Source of the DNA: Dehalococcoidia bacterium
Lineage (GTDB): Bacteria; Chloroflexota; Dehalococcoidia; UBA2979
Direction: 5' to 3'
Assembly (NCBI GenBank): GCA_964291495.2
Contig: OZ219871.1
Location: 1,248,001-1,312,000 of the forward strand
Length of the DNA stretch: 64,000 nt
Numbering within the stretch: position 1 is the first letter of the stretch; every line of letters begins with the position of its first letter. The notes under the pieces were generated by a model. The model was not told the origin of the DNA and did no database searches. It was given only the letters and a program-made list of their open reading frames with translations. Made by a program: the position numbers and the translations under genes. Of this stretch, positions 31,791-44,735 are shown one piece after another.

Positions 31791-33652
31791 TCGGCCTCGC
31801 CGACCCGCTGGCGCTGCTCTGGCTGGCGATCCTGCTGCCGGTGCTGTTCGCGGCCTCGTACGCGGCGCGCCGACGCCGCGAGGCGGACGACGCCTTTGGC
31901 GGCGCCGCGGCGCTGCGCCGCGGCAGGACCGAGTGGCGTCGGCCGCTGCAGGAGCTGCTGCTGCTCGGCGCGATCGTGCTCGTCGTGATCGCCGTCGCGC
32001 GTCCGCGCTGGGGCGAGGAGGAGCGCCCGCTCACGCGCCTCGGCATCGACGTCGCGATCGCCCTCGATGTCTCGCGTTCGATGACGGCGAGCGACATCGA
32101 GCCCTCGCGCGCCGAGGCGGCCGCGGCGGCGATCGACCAGCTCTTCAACCACCTGCGCGGCGACCGCGTGGGCCTCGTGACCTTCGCCGGCGACGCCTTC
32201 GAGCGCTCGCCGCTGACCCTCGATCTCGATGCGGTGCGCCAGCTGGTCGCGCGGGCGCAGGAGGAGCAGGCGTTCGTGCGCCCCGGGACGGACCTCGGCG
32301 GCGCGCTCGAGACGGCGCTGCGCCTGCTCGACATCGAGGACGCGGCCAGGACGCAGGTGATCGTGCTGATCTCGGACGGCGAGAACCTCGGCGAGGACCT
32401 CGACGATGCGCTCGAGGATGCCGATGACGCGGGCGTCCGCGTCTTCAGCGTCGCCGCCGGCACCCCGGACGGCGGAACGATGGCCGCGCGCCGGAGCGGC
32501 GACGAGGATGCGCCCACCGTGCGCCGGCCGTCAGGCGACGAGCTGAGCCGCGCCGACCGCTCGACGCTGCGGCGCATCGCCGAGGCAACGGGCGGCGACC
32601 TGCGCGAGCTGGGCGAGCTGCCCGGTCTCGCGGTCGAGTTCCAGCAGCTCCGGCAGTCCGCCTTCGACCAGGGGGCGAACCGCGCACCCGTCGAGCGCTT
32701 CCAGTGGTTCCTCGGCGGCGCGTTGCTGCTGCTCGTCGTGCAGGCGCTCGTCGGCGGCGGTCGCTGGCGGCGACGCCTCGGCGTTGGCCGCCTCACCCTC
32801 GCGTCCGGCGTGCTGCCGGCGATCGCGCTGATTGTCGCCTGCGCCAGCGCCGAGTACGCGGCTACCGAGGACGGCCACGACGCGTACGCCGCGGGCCGCT
32901 ACGACGACGCCCTCGCCTCCTATCGCGACGCCGAGGCGGTCGCGCCCGACGCCCCGGAGCCGCCCTACAACATCGGCAACACCCTGCACCAACTCGGCCG
33001 CTACGAGGAGGCCACGGTCGCCTCGACGACGGCGATGAACACCTCCGTCGATCCGCTGCTGTTCAGCCGCGCCGCCTACGCCCTCGGCAGCCACGCCTTC
33101 CGCCGCAGCGACCTCGAGGCCGCGCGCGACGCCTGGATCAGCGTGCTGTTGCGCGATCCGTCCGACCTCGACGCGAAGCACAACCTCGAACTGGCGCTAC
33201 GCCTCCTCGCCGGCCCCGAGGAGACGCCGACGCCTCCACCCGGCGGGGGCGACGGCGAGGGTCAGGGCACGGGCGAGGACGGCAGCGGGGGCGAGGAGCC
33301 AGATCCCGACGACGAGAGCGCCGACTCGTCCGGTGAGGGCGGCGGACAGCCGGAGCCCGGCTCGACACCCGACGCAACCCCGCAGGGCGACGGCGCGGGC
33401 GATTCGCAGCCGCCCTCGGACCCCGCGGACTCCGGCGGATCGCCGGCCGGTGGGCCGGGCGCGCAGGTGGAGCAGGAGCAACCCCAGACACTCGACGATG
33501 CGCGCGCGCTGCTCGCGGAGGAGGCGCTGCGGATCGGCGACGAGGTGCTCACCATCGAGGACGCGATCGCCCTGCTCGAGCTTGTCCGCCGCGCCAGCGA
33601 GCTCGAGGCGCTCGCGCCGCGCGGCGTGGCCGGTGGACCGGGGGACCGCTAG
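31787..33652 (+). CDS. BatB-BatC-like fusion (VWA, TPR, acidic disordered tail)
   Basis: ARPRWG, DVSRSM, ISDGE; then TPRs (YNIGNTLHQLGRYEEA, DAKHNLELAL). Confidence 0.8.
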   Translation: MIGLADPLALLWLAILLPVLFAASYAARRRREADDAFGGAAALRRGRTEWRRPLQELLLLGAIVLVVIAVARPRWGEEERPLTRLGIDVAIALDVSRSMTASDIEPSRAEAAAAAIDQLFNHLRGDRVGLVTFAGDAFERSPLTLDLDAVRQLVARAQEEQAFVRPGTDLGGALETALRLLDIEDAARTQVIVLISDGENLGEDLDDALEDADDAGVRVFSVAAGTPDGGTMAARRSGDEDAPTVRRPSGDELSRADRSTLRRIAEATGGDLRELGELPGLAVEFQQLRQSAFDQGANRAPVERFQWFLGGALLLLVVQALVGGGRWRRRLGVGRLTLASGVLPAIALIVACASAEYAATEDGHDAYAAGRYDDALASYRDAEAVAPDAPEPPYNIGNTLHQLGRYEEATVASTTAMNTSVDPLLFSRAAYALGSHAFRRSDLEAARDAWISVLLRDPSDLDAKHNLELALRLLAGPEETPTPPPGGGDGEGQGTGEDGSGGEEPDPDDESADSSGEGGGQPEPGSTPDATPQGDGAGDSQPPSDPADSGGSPAGGPGAQVEQEQPQTLDDARALLAEEALRIGDEVLTIEDAIALLELVRRASELEALAPRGVAGGPGDR

Positions 33653-33665
33653 AGGCTCAGTCCGC

Positions 33666-36074
33666 TCAGCGTGCGAACCGGCGCAGCCACAGGCGGCGCA
33701 GCAGGATCTCCCGGAAGAGCCGGTTGCGCAGCCGGCGGTAGAGCGCGTCCACGCGGCGCACGGCCGGATCTTCCTCGTCGGGCTCCTCCGCCGGCGCCTC
33801 AGCGGCGTCGGTGGCGGGCGCACCGTAGCGCTCACGTGTGAAGGCGGCGGCGAGGATCTCGACGGGCTCCCCGCTCTCGAGCTCGCGCTTCAGCCCGGCG
33901 GCCGCCTCGAGCGGCGTGCGGTTGGCGGGGGCCGGGATGCCGGCCCAGCCCGAGATCCGCTGCAGTCTGGCCCAGCGCGCCGTGGCCGGGCTCAGCCCTC
34001 GATCGGGGAAGGCCCACGCGCCCCGCACGAGCAAGACGAGCGCGGCGACCGCCGCCAGCACCGCGATCGCCCACCCGGCGATCAGTCCGAGCGGCGCCCA
34101 GAGCGATCCGTCGCCACCGCCGACAAGGTCTCCTCGCGGTCCCCCGATGCCAGCCGGCTCCAGGCTCTCCTCCAGGAGTTCCGCCAGCTCGAGCGCAGCG
34201 ATCGCGTCGTCCGTGCCGGCCCCGAGGGGGGCGGCGAACGCGTCCCCCGCAGCGCTGCGGCTGACCAGCTCGCGCACCGGCGCCGGGTTGAACTCCACCC
34301 AGCCGTAGCCGGGGAAGAAGACCTCCGGCCAGGCCCACGAGTCCTTCTCGCTCAACACGAATGCCTCCGAGGACTCACTGAACGAGGTCTCGTCCAGCGC
34401 GAAGCCCACGGCGATGCGAGCGGGAATGCCGAGCGAGCGCAGCAGCACCACCATCGCCGAGGCGTGGTGGTCGAAGTAGCCCTCGCGGCTCTCGAACAGG
34501 AACCAATCGATCGGATCGCGTCGCGGCGGCGGGTCCGCGACCTTCAGGCTGAACGGGTAGTTCTCCCGCAGGTAGCGCTCGACCCGGAAGGCGGCGAGGT
34601 ACGGAGCATCCCCTTCCGTGGCGATGCTCGCGGCCAGCTCGCCGGCGCGGGGGGGCAGATTGTCGGGAAGCTGGAGGTAGCGCTCCGTCACCCAGCCCGG
34701 GTACTCCGTACCCGCGGACATCAGCGCGTCCACCCCGGCGACGGAGACGGAGCCCACCGCCGTGTAGCTCGTACCACTCCCGGCTCGGCCGCTCGGGCGC
34801 AGCCCGATCACGTCGTCGGGCGAGGCGCCCGTCAGGAACTTCGCCCCGATGTCGGTCGCGAGCGGCTCGCCCACCGTCACCAGGCGGCGATCGCTCAGCG
34901 GCGACTCCACATGGACCTCGACGGCGACGAGGCGCCGCTCCTGCGCCCGCGTCGCGGGCGTGCCGAAGCGCGCCGCCTCCACGGTGATCGCCGGCGGATC
35001 GATCAGCTCGGTCTCGGAAAGCCGCCAGCCGCCGCGTTCGTAGCGATCGAACACGTAGGCGCGCAGATAGGCGGGGCCCCATGTCTCCGCGGAGACGACG
35101 TACATCGTCTCGTCGTCGAGCCTGACGCGGCCCTGCAGCGGCAGGGCTCCCTCGAACTGATGGATGAGCTGTCCGTGCTTGCCATCGATCCCGATGAAGA
35201 CCTGACCGAGCGGCTGGATGCGATCGGTGATCGGGCGAATCGCGTTGCCCCACGCCCCGGCGGCGGGCTCCCAGCCGTCGCCGACCGGCACGATCCAGGC
35301 GAAGAGGATCAGTCCCGCCGCCACCCACCCGCCGGCATGGAGCACCTGCAGCGAGAGCCAGCGAGGCATCGCGATCGCCTGGCCTCGCCAGCTGCGGATC
35401 GTGCGCAACAGGTGGATGCGCGTGAACAGCAGGATCGCGGCGAAGAGGAAGACCACGAACGCCAGCGCCGGCTTTCCCGGCAGGTAGGAGATGTTGGTCA
35501 GCAGCGCGAACCCGCCCGGCAGCAGCGCCAACCAGGCGTTGCGCCAGCGGAACACCGCCCAGGCTGCGAGGTAGGGGACGAGCCAGACCGCCCACACCAG
35601 CAGCAGGACGAACGGCAGCGGGTCCGTGGAGACGCCACCCGTGACGAGCGCGGCCAGCCAGTCGACCATCCGCCCCCACAGATCGCCCCAGCGCGTCGCA
35701 AGTCCGAACCCCGTGGCGAAGGGATCGGACAGCTCCATCGTGTGCATCACCATCGCGGTGGCGACCGCGACACCGAGCGCGATGCCTACGAAGAACAGCG
35801 ACCACGGCCGCGTACCGAAGCGGGCCAGCAGCGCGCCGATCACCAGCCCGACCCCGGCCGCCACCGGCAGGGCCGGCATCTCGTCGACCCAGTTCGCGCG
35901 AGCGATCGAGATGGCCACGGAGAACTGGGCGATCGCGAGCAGCGCGAAGCTGATCCAGTCCTCCCAGAAGCGCCAGGCGGTCACGCTGCGCGGATCGGCT
36001 TCGGCGAGCAGATCGCGCAGGCCTCGGGAGCCGAAGCCTGCCTGGCGGGGCGTGCTGTCGGAGAGCGCGGTCAT
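33666..36074 (-). CDS. TgpA-like membrane transglutaminase-family protein with degenerate catalytic triad
   Basis: Multi-TM N-terminus; GYFDHHASAMVVLLRSLGIPARIAVGF..AWPEVFFPGYGWVEFNP. Confidence 0.85.
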   Translation of the reverse strand: MTALSDSTPRQAGFGSRGLRDLLAEADPRSVTAWRFWEDWISFALLAIAQFSVAISIARANWVDEMPALPVAAGVGLVIGALLARFGTRPWSLFFVGIALGVAVATAMVMHTMELSDPFATGFGLATRWGDLWGRMVDWLAALVTGGVSTDPLPFVLLLVWAVWLVPYLAAWAVFRWRNAWLALLPGGFALLTNISYLPGKPALAFVVFLFAAILLFTRIHLLRTIRSWRGQAIAMPRWLSLQVLHAGGWVAAGLILFAWIVPVGDGWEPAAGAWGNAIRPITDRIQPLGQVFIGIDGKHGQLIHQFEGALPLQGRVRLDDETMYVVSAETWGPAYLRAYVFDRYERGGWRLSETELIDPPAITVEAARFGTPATRAQERRLVAVEVHVESPLSDRRLVTVGEPLATDIGAKFLTGASPDDVIGLRPSGRAGSGTSYTAVGSVSVAGVDALMSAGTEYPGWVTERYLQLPDNLPPRAGELAASIATEGDAPYLAAFRVERYLRENYPFSLKVADPPPRRDPIDWFLFESREGYFDHHASAMVVLLRSLGIPARIAVGFALDETSFSESSEAFVLSEKDSWAWPEVFFPGYGWVEFNPAPVRELVSRSAAGDAFAAPLGAGTDDAIAALELAELLEESLEPAGIGGPRGDLVGGGDGSLWAPLGLIAGWAIAVLAAVAALVLLVRGAWAFPDRGLSPATARWARLQRISGWAGIPAPANRTPLEAAAGLKRELESGEPVEILAAAFTRERYGAPATDAAEAPAEEPDEEDPAVRRVDALYRRLRNRLFREILLRRLWLRRFAR

Positions 36075-37327
36075 GCGTACACGCCCCCTTGATCGCCCAC
36101 GCCCACGGAGGAGAGCACCTGCACGAGGTCGTCCTGGCGCTTCACGGTGTAGGTGTAGACGCCGCCCGAGGCGAGCGTGCCGTAAACATCGAGCGAGCTG
36201 GTCGTCGCGCCGAAGGTCTCACCCTCCAGCAGCACCGCCGCCACCTTCACCCCGCGCGCGGAGAGCGACATCAGCGCCAGCGCCCAGTCGTCGCGCGGCG
36301 AGGGCGTCACGGCGACGACAGTGGTGTGCCGCCCGAACTTGCGCGACTCCTCGAGCAGCAACTGCGACAGCGACACCTCGCCGACGGCGCGAGCCAGCGC
36401 CAGCAGTTCCAGCAGGCGCGTGTAATGGTTGCCGCCGCGGCTCGGCTCGTTGACGCGCAGGTCGTTGTCGTAGGCGATCATGCCGACGGAGCGGTTCTGG
36501 GTGATGAAGTAGCGCGCGATCGAGGCGGCGACCATCACCGCCGCCTCCTCGGTGCCGTCGTCGCCTTCTCCGGAGTGGACCCCCTCCTCGAGATCGAGCA
36601 TCACCCAGATGTCGGAGGCGGGATCGAGCTCGAAGAGCTTCACCATCAGGTTGCCGGTGCGGGCCGTGGCCGGCCAATGCACGCGGCTGAGCGAATCGCC
36701 CGCCTCGTAGGCGCGCAGGCCGGCGACGTTGGGCGTGACGTTGTGCGTGCGCCTGCGGAAGCGCCCGTCACCCGGCAGGTTCGCCGGCGGCACGTGCAGC
36801 CTCGGAAGCTCGGGCGCGCTCGGGTAGACGAGCACCTCCGAGCGCACGCCGAAGGTGCGGGACATGCGGAAGAAGCCGAACGGGTCCGTCGCCGTCACCG
36901 TGACCGGGCCCAGCTCGTAGAGCCCGCGCCGCAGCGCCGGCGTCTCGTAGCGCCAGACGTCGATCCCGCGGCGGCCGAGCGTGAGCACCCGGTTCGTCAC
37001 ATGGCCCGGCAGCGTCGAGTGGTCGTGGACCTCGAGCCAGACCTTGGGCAGCCACGAGCGCGAGCGCACGATCACGCGCCCGTGCAGCGCCCGTCCGCGC
37101 GAGACGCGCTGGTCGCGGCGGCGCACCTCCACCTCGATGCCGCGAATCATCGAGCGGTTCCAGAAGTAGAGCAGCGGGATCGCGATCGCGATCAGGTAGG
37201 CGAAGCGAAACAGCAGCCAGAACCCGGTCGCGCTGGCGACGGCGAGGGTGAAGAGCGCGACGGCGATGGCCGCCGCCACATTGGGCCGGCGCGCGGCGAG
37301 GCTGGCCGCCCGCCACAGCGCGCTCAT
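36071..37327 (-). CDS. DUF58 domain protein with N-terminal TM helices
   Basis: RRGLYELGP..DPFG, LRAYEAGDSLSRVHWPATAR..VKLFE. Confidence 0.9.
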   Translation of the reverse strand: MSALWRAASLAARRPNVAAAIAVALFTLAVASATGFWLLFRFAYLIAIAIPLLYFWNRSMIRGIEVEVRRRDQRVSRGRALHGRVIVRSRSWLPKVWLEVHDHSTLPGHVTNRVLTLGRRGIDVWRYETPALRRGLYELGPVTVTATDPFGFFRMSRTFGVRSEVLVYPSAPELPRLHVPPANLPGDGRFRRRTHNVTPNVAGLRAYEAGDSLSRVHWPATARTGNLMVKLFELDPASDIWVMLDLEEGVHSGEGDDGTEEAAVMVAASIARYFITQNRSVGMIAYDNDLRVNEPSRGGNHYTRLLELLALARAVGEVSLSQLLLEESRKFGRHTTVVAVTPSPRDDWALALMSLSARGVKVAAVLLEGETFGATTSSLDVYGTLASGGVYTYTVKRQDDLVQVLSSVGVGDQGGVYA

Positions 37328-37330
37328 GGC

Positions 37331-38287
37331 TCAGGCGCCGCCGCGCGCCCGCGCCCCGGGCACCGGAGTGCGCTCGATGCACTCGTCGACGATCTGCGCG
37401 CTCTCGATGTTCCGCACGCGCGCGGCCGGGCTGACGATCACGCGGTGCCCCAGCGTCGGGTAGGCCAGCCGCTTGATGTCGTCGGGCTGCACGAAGTCCC
37501 GCCCGTCGAGCATCGCGTACGCCTGCGCGGCCCGCATCAGCGCCAGCGACCCGCGCGGCGAGGCGCCCAGGTAGACGCTCTCGTGCTCTCGCGTGGCGTT
37601 CACCATCGTCACGATGTACTGCTTGATGAGCGGGTCGATGTAGACCTCGCGGGTGGCCTGCTGGAGCTCGATCACCTCCTCGGCGTTCGTGACCTGCTCG
37701 AGCGATTCGATCGGGTGCTGTTCCTGCTGGGCGTCCATCACCAGCACCTCGTCGGTGGGGTTCGGGTAGCCGAGGCGGACACGCATCAGGAAGCGGTCGA
37801 GCTGCGCCTCGGGCAGGGGGAACGTGCCCTCGTACTCGATCGGGTTCTGCGTGGCGAGGACCATGAACGGCGCGGGCAGCCTGCGCGTCACGCCGTCGAC
37901 GGTGGCCTGCCGCTCCTCCATCGCCTCCAGCAGCGCGGACTGCGTCTTCGGCGTTGCACGGTTGATCTCGTCCGTGAGCACGATCTGCGACATCACCGGG
38001 CCGGGCCGAAACTCGAACTCGCGCGACGCCTGGTTGAAGACCGCGACGCCCGTCACATCCGAGGGCAAGAGGTCCGGCGTGAACTGGATGCGCTGGAAGC
38101 TGCACCCCGTCGAGCGCGCGAGCGCCCTCGCCAGCATCGTCTTGCCGACACCGGGTACGTCCTCGAGCAGCAGGTGCCCACGGCAGAGCAGCGTCACAAG
38201 CGCGAGCCGCGCCTCCTCGGCCTTGCCGATGATCACGCGTTCGATGTTATCGAGGATGCGCTCGGAGACTTGGCGTGGATTCTCCAC
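37331..38287 (-). CDS. moxR: MoxR-family AAA+ ATPase (DUF58-TgpA operon)
   Basis: [44 protein letters not shown]. Confidence 0.95.
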   Translation of the reverse strand: MENPRQVSERILDNIERVIIGKAEEARLALVTLLCRGHLLLEDVPGVGKTMLARALARSTGCSFQRIQFTPDLLPSDVTGVAVFNQASREFEFRPGPVMSQIVLTDEINRATPKTQSALLEAMEERQATVDGVTRRLPAPFMVLATQNPIEYEGTFPLPEAQLDRFLMRVRLGYPNPTDEVLVMDAQQEQHPIESLEQVTNAEEVIELQQATREVYIDPLIKQYIVTMVNATREHESVYLGASPRGSLALMRAAQAYAMLDGRDFVQPDDIKRLAYPTLGHRVIVSPAARVRNIESAQIVDECIERTPVPGARARGGA

Positions 38288-38475
38288 GTCGGCCCTCCCA
38301 ACTCTTCGCGGCCGTGCCTCGTCTCACCTCGTCAGAAGCCGTGACACAGGTGAGGCCAACGCAGCGCGCGTCAGTATAGCAGCGCGCTCCCGTGGCGCTC
38401 TCCGTGCGCGCCAGCGCGTACAACCTCTCATCGCCTCCTGCGGATAGGATGTAGGGACTCCCGGCGAGGAGGCTC

Positions 38476-39783
38476 GTGGCCGAAGACCAGACCCCTCCGC
38501 CTCCGCGCTCCGCGCGGCATGTCAGCGCCGTGAGCCTTCTGACCGCGGTGGTCGTGATGCTGCTCGTCGCCGCAGGCACCGCCGCGCTGATTCGAGGCCT
38601 CAACGACGCTCCCGAGGAGCAGCCGCCGGGTGTCCGGATCGTCCCGATCACGCGCACGGCCACCCCCGCCCCAACACCAACGCCATCACCAACCGCGACG
38701 CCGTCCCCCCCGCCGGCGCCGACCGCGACTCCTTCGCCCTCACCGACACCCTCGCCGTCACCAACTCCGACCGCGACACCGTCGCCGTCCCCAACACCCT
38801 CGCCAACCCCGACGGAGACGCCGACGCCCACCCCATCACCGACACCAACGACTACGTCCACACCGACTCCGACTCCAACACCAACCCCGTCACCCACGCC
38901 AACTCCGACACCGACGCCCACGCCGACTCCCACCCCCGTGCCGGGAGAGGTCACGACGAACCCCGGGCGCGTGGGCACGGGCAACGCGTTGATCGTGCAG
39001 GCCTCGGCCGCCGGTTCCACCCTGGCGCGGATCGAGTTCCGGGGCTCCACGTACACCCTGGTGCCGGCCGGTGACGGGTTCTGGGGCGTCTTCGCGATCC
39101 CGGTGGGCGCCGAGCCGGGCGAGGAGTCCCTGCGTGTCGCGTTCTACGACGCCAACCGCGTGCAGATCAGCGAGGCCACCGCGACATACGTCGTGTTCGA
39201 GATCGAGCGGGACGTCGAGCAGATCACGCTGCCTCCCGATGCAGCGGCGCTGCTGACCGAGGACCACGCGCAGCGCGAGGACGAGCTGCGCGCGGAGCAG
39301 TTCGCCCGCTCCGACCTCGATCCGGCGTGGACGGAGCCTTTCCTGGTCCCCGTGCGCGACGCGCAGATCACCGCGGTGTTCGGGAGCGGCCGCTCCTATG
39401 ACGGCGCGCCGGTCAGCAGCACCCACGGCGGCGTCGACTACGGTGCCAACGAGGGCGACCCGGTGCTCGCCTCGGCGCCCGGCCGCGTGAGCTGGACTGG
39501 CGCGATGCCGATCCGCGGCAACAGCGTGATCATCGACCACGGCGCGGGCGTGAAGAGCGGCTACCACCACCTCTCACGCATCGATGTCGCTGTCGATGAC
39601 GTCGTGGCGCCGGGCGACACAATCGGAGCGATCGGCTCGACCGGGGTCTCCACCGGGCCACACCTGCACTGGGAGGTCAGCGTTCACGGCGTGAACGTCG
39701 ATCCGCTCCAATGGCTCTTCAATTCGTTCCTGGCGAGCGGGAGCTTCACAGCTCCAACGACGACAGAGTCTGCGCAAGAGTGA
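38476..39783 (+). CDS. M23 metallopeptidase with TM anchor and Pro/Thr-rich linker
   Basis: [17 protein letters not shown]. Confidence 0.9.
   Translation: MAEDQTPPPPRSARHVSAVSLLTAVVVMLLVAAGTAALIRGLNDAPEEQPPGVRIVPITRTATPAPTPTPSPTATPSPPPAPTATPSPSPTPSPSPTPTATPSPSPTPSPTPTETPTPTPSPTPTTTSTPTPTPTPTPSPTPTPTPTPTPTPTPVPGEVTTNPGRVGTGNALIVQASAAGSTLARIEFRGSTYTLVPAGDGFWGVFAIPVGAEPGEESLRVAFYDANRVQISEATATYVVFEIERDVEQITLPPDAAALLTEDHAQREDELRAEQFARSDLDPAWTEPFLVPVRDAQITAVFGSGRSYDGAPVSSTHGGVDYGANEGDPVLASAPGRVSWTGAMPIRGNSVIIDHGAGVKSGYHHLSRIDVAVDDVVAPGDTIGAIGSTGVSTGPHLHWEVSVHGVNVDPLQWLFNSFLASGSFTAPTTTESAQE
38656..38940 (+). repeat. Low-complexity (T/S)P dipeptide repeat coding region
   Basis: About 90 codons of TPSPTPTP-type repeats. 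Confidence 0.9.
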
Positions 39784-40444
39784 CGATCGCCGCCGTCTCC
39801 ACGCGCAGCCTGCGAGGCCCAAGACTCACGGGCAGCGCGCCGTCCCCGATCAGCCGCTCGCGTTCCTCGGGCGTCCAGCCGCCCTCCGGCCCGATGTAGA
39901 TCGCGACGGCGGACGGCGCCGGCGCGACGCCGGCGAGCGCCTCGGCGACCGTCTCGGCCGCGCCGGGGTCGGCGATCAGCCGGAGCGCGCCGGCCGGCGG
40001 CTCTTCGCCGAACAGGGGCAGCGAGGCGCGGCCACACTGCTCGGCCGCCTCGATGGCGACGCGCCGCCAGCGCTCGACGCGCCCCTCGCCCGGCTGCAGT
40101 ACCGCACGGTCGCTCGCGAGCGGCGTGATCGCCGCGACACCCAGCTCCGTCGCCTTCTCCACGATCCAGTCGCCGCGCTGCCCGCGAGGGAAGGCGCAGA
40201 GCAGCGTGACGGCGACTGGCGGATCGGGGAGCGGATCGAGCGGCTCGCCGATTCGCAGCGTGACGCCCTCGGCCGCGACGGCGGCGACCGTCGCTTCCCA
40301 CTCTTCGCCGCTGCCGTCGAAGACGGCGAGACCGTCGCCCGGACGCAGCCGCAGCACGCTGCGCAGCCGGTGCGACTGCGCCTCCTCAAGGCACACCGCT
40401 GCGCCGCGCTTGAGCCGCGCGTCCGGGACGTAGAGCCGCCTCAC
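39746..40444 (-). CDS. rsmE: 16S rRNA m3U1498 methyltransferase
   Basis: [39 protein letters not shown]; GTG overlaps the prmA stop. Confidence 0.95.
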   Translation of the reverse strand: MRRLYVPDARLKRGAAVCLEEAQSHRLRSVLRLRPGDGLAVFDGSGEEWEATVAAVAAEGVTLRIGEPLDPLPDPPVAVTLLCAFPRGQRGDWIVEKATELGVAAITPLASDRAVLQPGEGRVERWRRVAIEAAEQCGRASLPLFGEEPPAGALRLIADPGAAETVAEALAGVAPAPSAVAIYIGPEGGWTPEERERLIGDGALPVSLGPRRLRVETAAIVTLAQTLSSLEL

Positions 40445-41385
40445 GGGCTCGCCTTCCGTGCGACCACGGCGCACCACTCCTCGTCTTGCTCGACGGCCAC
40501 CTCCGTGAGGCCGGCGCCTCGCGCGGCGGCGGCCACCTCCTGCGCTCGATCGGCCATGAAGCCGCTGACGGCTGCCCGTCCGCCAGGACGCAGCGCCCGC
40601 GCGATCGCCGGCAGCAGCTCACACACCACGCCCGAGGAGATGTTGGCCGCCACGAAGTCGTACGCGTCCGCCGCGCCGTGCTCCGGATGGAGCGAACCCC
40701 GCGCGACCCGCACACAGCCCTCGAGGCCGTTGCGCCGCACGTTCTCGCGAGCCGCTTCCACGGCGTCCGGGTCCGTATCGAGCGCGTCGACGCGCGCGGC
40801 GCCCAGCCGCGCCGCCGCGAGCGCCAGCACCCCGGAGCCGGTACCGAGGTCGAGCACCGCATCGCCGGGCTCGCACTCGCGCTCGATCGCCGCGAGGCAG
40901 AGGCGGGTCGTCGGGTGCTGGCCGGTTCCGAACGCCTGCCCCGGATCGAGACTGATAGCGAGCTCGTCCGCATCGTCGGGCGGCTCCCATGACGGGTGCA
41001 CCACGAGGCGCCCGACGCGCAGCGTCGTGAAGTGCTCGCGCCAGAGCTCGGACCAGTCGAGATCCTCGACCGCACGGTAGCGCAGCCGGGGCAGCGGGCC
41101 ACTCAGCGGCAGGGCGGCCAGCCGCCGCCGCAGCGCGCGGCGTTCGCGAGGCGCGAGCGGCGCGGGCAGGAACGCGCGCACGACCGCCTCGCCGGGCTCG
41201 ACGGTGTAGACGAAGTCGCGCTCGTCCGAGGTTCGGATGCGCGGTTCGAGGGCGACCGCGCCCTCGGTGATCGCTCCCAGCGCGTCCGCGATGAGCTCGG
41301 CGTCGGTGAGCGCGAGCCGGACCGTCAGCTCGACCCAGGCGGCGGAGCCGCCCGGCGCGGCGCGTGCGTTCGCGCCCGCCGTCAT
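40441..41385 (-). CDS. prmA: Ribosomal protein L11 methyltransferase
   Basis: LDPGQAFGTGQHPTT, LDLGTGSGVL, VAANI. Confidence 0.95.
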   Translation of the reverse strand: MTAGANARAAPGGSAAWVELTVRLALTDAELIADALGAITEGAVALEPRIRTSDERDFVYTVEPGEAVVRAFLPAPLAPRERRALRRRLAALPLSGPLPRLRYRAVEDLDWSELWREHFTTLRVGRLVVHPSWEPPDDADELAISLDPGQAFGTGQHPTTRLCLAAIERECEPGDAVLDLGTGSGVLALAAARLGAARVDALDTDPDAVEAARENVRRNGLEGCVRVARGSLHPEHGAADAYDFVAANISSGVVCELLPAIARALRPGGRAAVSGFMADRAQEVAAAARGAGLTEVAVEQDEEWCAVVARKASP

Positions 41386-41389
41386 GAGG

Positions 41390-42508
41390 CTAGGAGAACG
41401 CCTCCCGGATACGGCCGAACAACCCGCGATCGTCGGCCGGTAACGAGGGCGTCCCGAGCGAGTCAGCGAGCTGCTCCAGCAGCTCGCGCTGCTCCTCGGT
41501 GAGCTTCGTCGGCGTCACCACGTGCGTACGGACCAGCAGGTCGCCGCGCCCGCTGGCGCGGAGGTGGGGAACGCCTCGCCCACGCACGCTGAAGATGTGA
41601 CCAGGCTGCGTACCGCTGGGCACGTCGATCGTGACCGGATCGCCCTCCAACGTCGGCACCTCGATCTCCGCGCCGAGCGCGGCCTGCGCGGGGTTCAGCG
41701 GCAGGTCGTAGACGAGGTGATCGCCACGGCGTTCGAAGTGCTGGTGATCCTCGATGTCGAGGTCCAGGTAGAGATGGCCGGGCGGGCCGCCGCGAGTGCC
41801 GGCGTCACCTTCGCCGCTGAGGCGGATCTGGTGCTCCTCGTCGACTCCGGCGGGGATGTTCACGGAACGGGTCACGGTGTCCGCGCGGAGACCGCGACCG
41901 CCGCAGCCCTTGCAGGGGTCGGTCACCACCTCGCCGTCGCCGCCGCAGCGGTTGCACAGCGCCGAGTTCACGAAGCGCCCGAACAGCGACTCCTGCACGC
42001 GCCGGATCTCGCCCTGGCCGCCGCACTCCGAGCAGCTCGCGGGCCGGCTGCCGTTCGCCGAGCCGCCGCCGCCGCAGTCCTCGCAGCGGCCGACGCGCTG
42101 GAACTGGATCTCGCGCTCCGCACCGAAGACAGCCTCCTCGAACGAGACATTGATCGAGGCGCGGCGGTCCGAGCCGCGCTGCGGGCCGGGCCGGCGCGCG
42201 CCCGTGCCGCGGAAGAACGCATCGAAGATGTCGCCGAAGCCGCCGAAGCCCTCGAACCCGGAGAAGCCGTGCTGCCCGCCGCCGTTGAGCCCGGCCATGC
42301 CGAAGCGGTCGTAGGTGCGGCGCTTCTCCGGATCGGAGAGCACCTCGTAGGCGGCGTTGACCTGCTTGAAGCGATCTTCGGCGCCCTCGCTCTTGTTGCG
42401 ATCGGGGTGGGACTCCATCGCAGCCTTGCGGAAGGCGCGCTTGATCTCCTCCTGCGAGGCATCGCGCTGGACCCCGAGGGTCGCGTAGAGGTCGACTTCT
42501 GCGGCCAT
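41390..42508 (-). CDS. dnaJ: Chaperone DnaJ (class I)
   Basis: HPD, G/F region, four CxxCxGxG repeats. Confidence 0.97.
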   Translation of the reverse strand: MAAEVDLYATLGVQRDASQEEIKRAFRKAAMESHPDRNKSEGAEDRFKQVNAAYEVLSDPEKRRTYDRFGMAGLNGGGQHGFSGFEGFGGFGDIFDAFFRGTGARRPGPQRGSDRRASINVSFEEAVFGAEREIQFQRVGRCEDCGGGGSANGSRPASCSECGGQGEIRRVQESLFGRFVNSALCNRCGGDGEVVTDPCKGCGGRGLRADTVTRSVNIPAGVDEEHQIRLSGEGDAGTRGGPPGHLYLDLDIEDHQHFERRGDHLVYDLPLNPAQAALGAEIEVPTLEGDPVTIDVPSGTQPGHIFSVRGRGVPHLRASGRGDLLVRTHVVTPTKLTEEQRELLEQLADSLGTPSLPADDRGLFGRIREAFS

Positions 42509-42586
42509 CAACCTCTCAGTTTACCGAAGAGTCGGGTACAGCGCGTGGGGCGCGGCCCGGACGATCACAGCGCCCCCTCCTGCCCG

Positions 42587-42712
42587 CTCTCCTGGGAGAG
42601 AGGGTTGGGGTGAGGGGGCTCGCCTCGCCGGCGCCGTCCTCGCTGGGTTGTTGGGCCCCCCGCGGCACCCTCCCTCACCCTCCGCCCTCTCCCGCGGGGA
42701 GAGGAGACCGGA
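42587..42712. repeat. Inverted pair of BoxC/REP-like repeats (copies 4 and 5) between dnaK and dnaJ
   Basis: Reverse copy about 42587-42618 and forward copy about 42670-42712. Confidence 0.8.
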
Positions 42713-42760
42713 GGCGCCCTCACGTGCCGCACACCTCCGCCCGGACCGAAGACCGCGCGC

Positions 42761-44665
<1,905 letters not shown>

Positions 44666-44735
44666 CTCGTACCCCTTGTCGCGTTCCCTGTCGGTCGTGG
44701 TTCGTTCCGGGAGCAGGCTCCCGGTCTCGTCGCTC

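Noticed and set aside
33333-36092. 919-aa plus-strand ORF and many other long overlapping ORFs (e.g. 10647-12947, 23630-25669, 36089-38344, 54614-56578)
   Set aside because: Shadow ORFs of high-GC genes: antisense or off-frame to well-recognised CDSs, Arg/Ala/Pro-rich, with no motifs
38656-38940. Possible CRISPR array or DNA tandem repeat
   Set aside because: Degenerate codons for a Pro/Thr linker inside a CDS; no repeat-spacer structure and no cas genes in the window
39746-39783. 38-nt convergent overlap of the M23 gene and rsmE
   Set aside because: Short 3' overlaps are common in compact high-GC genomes
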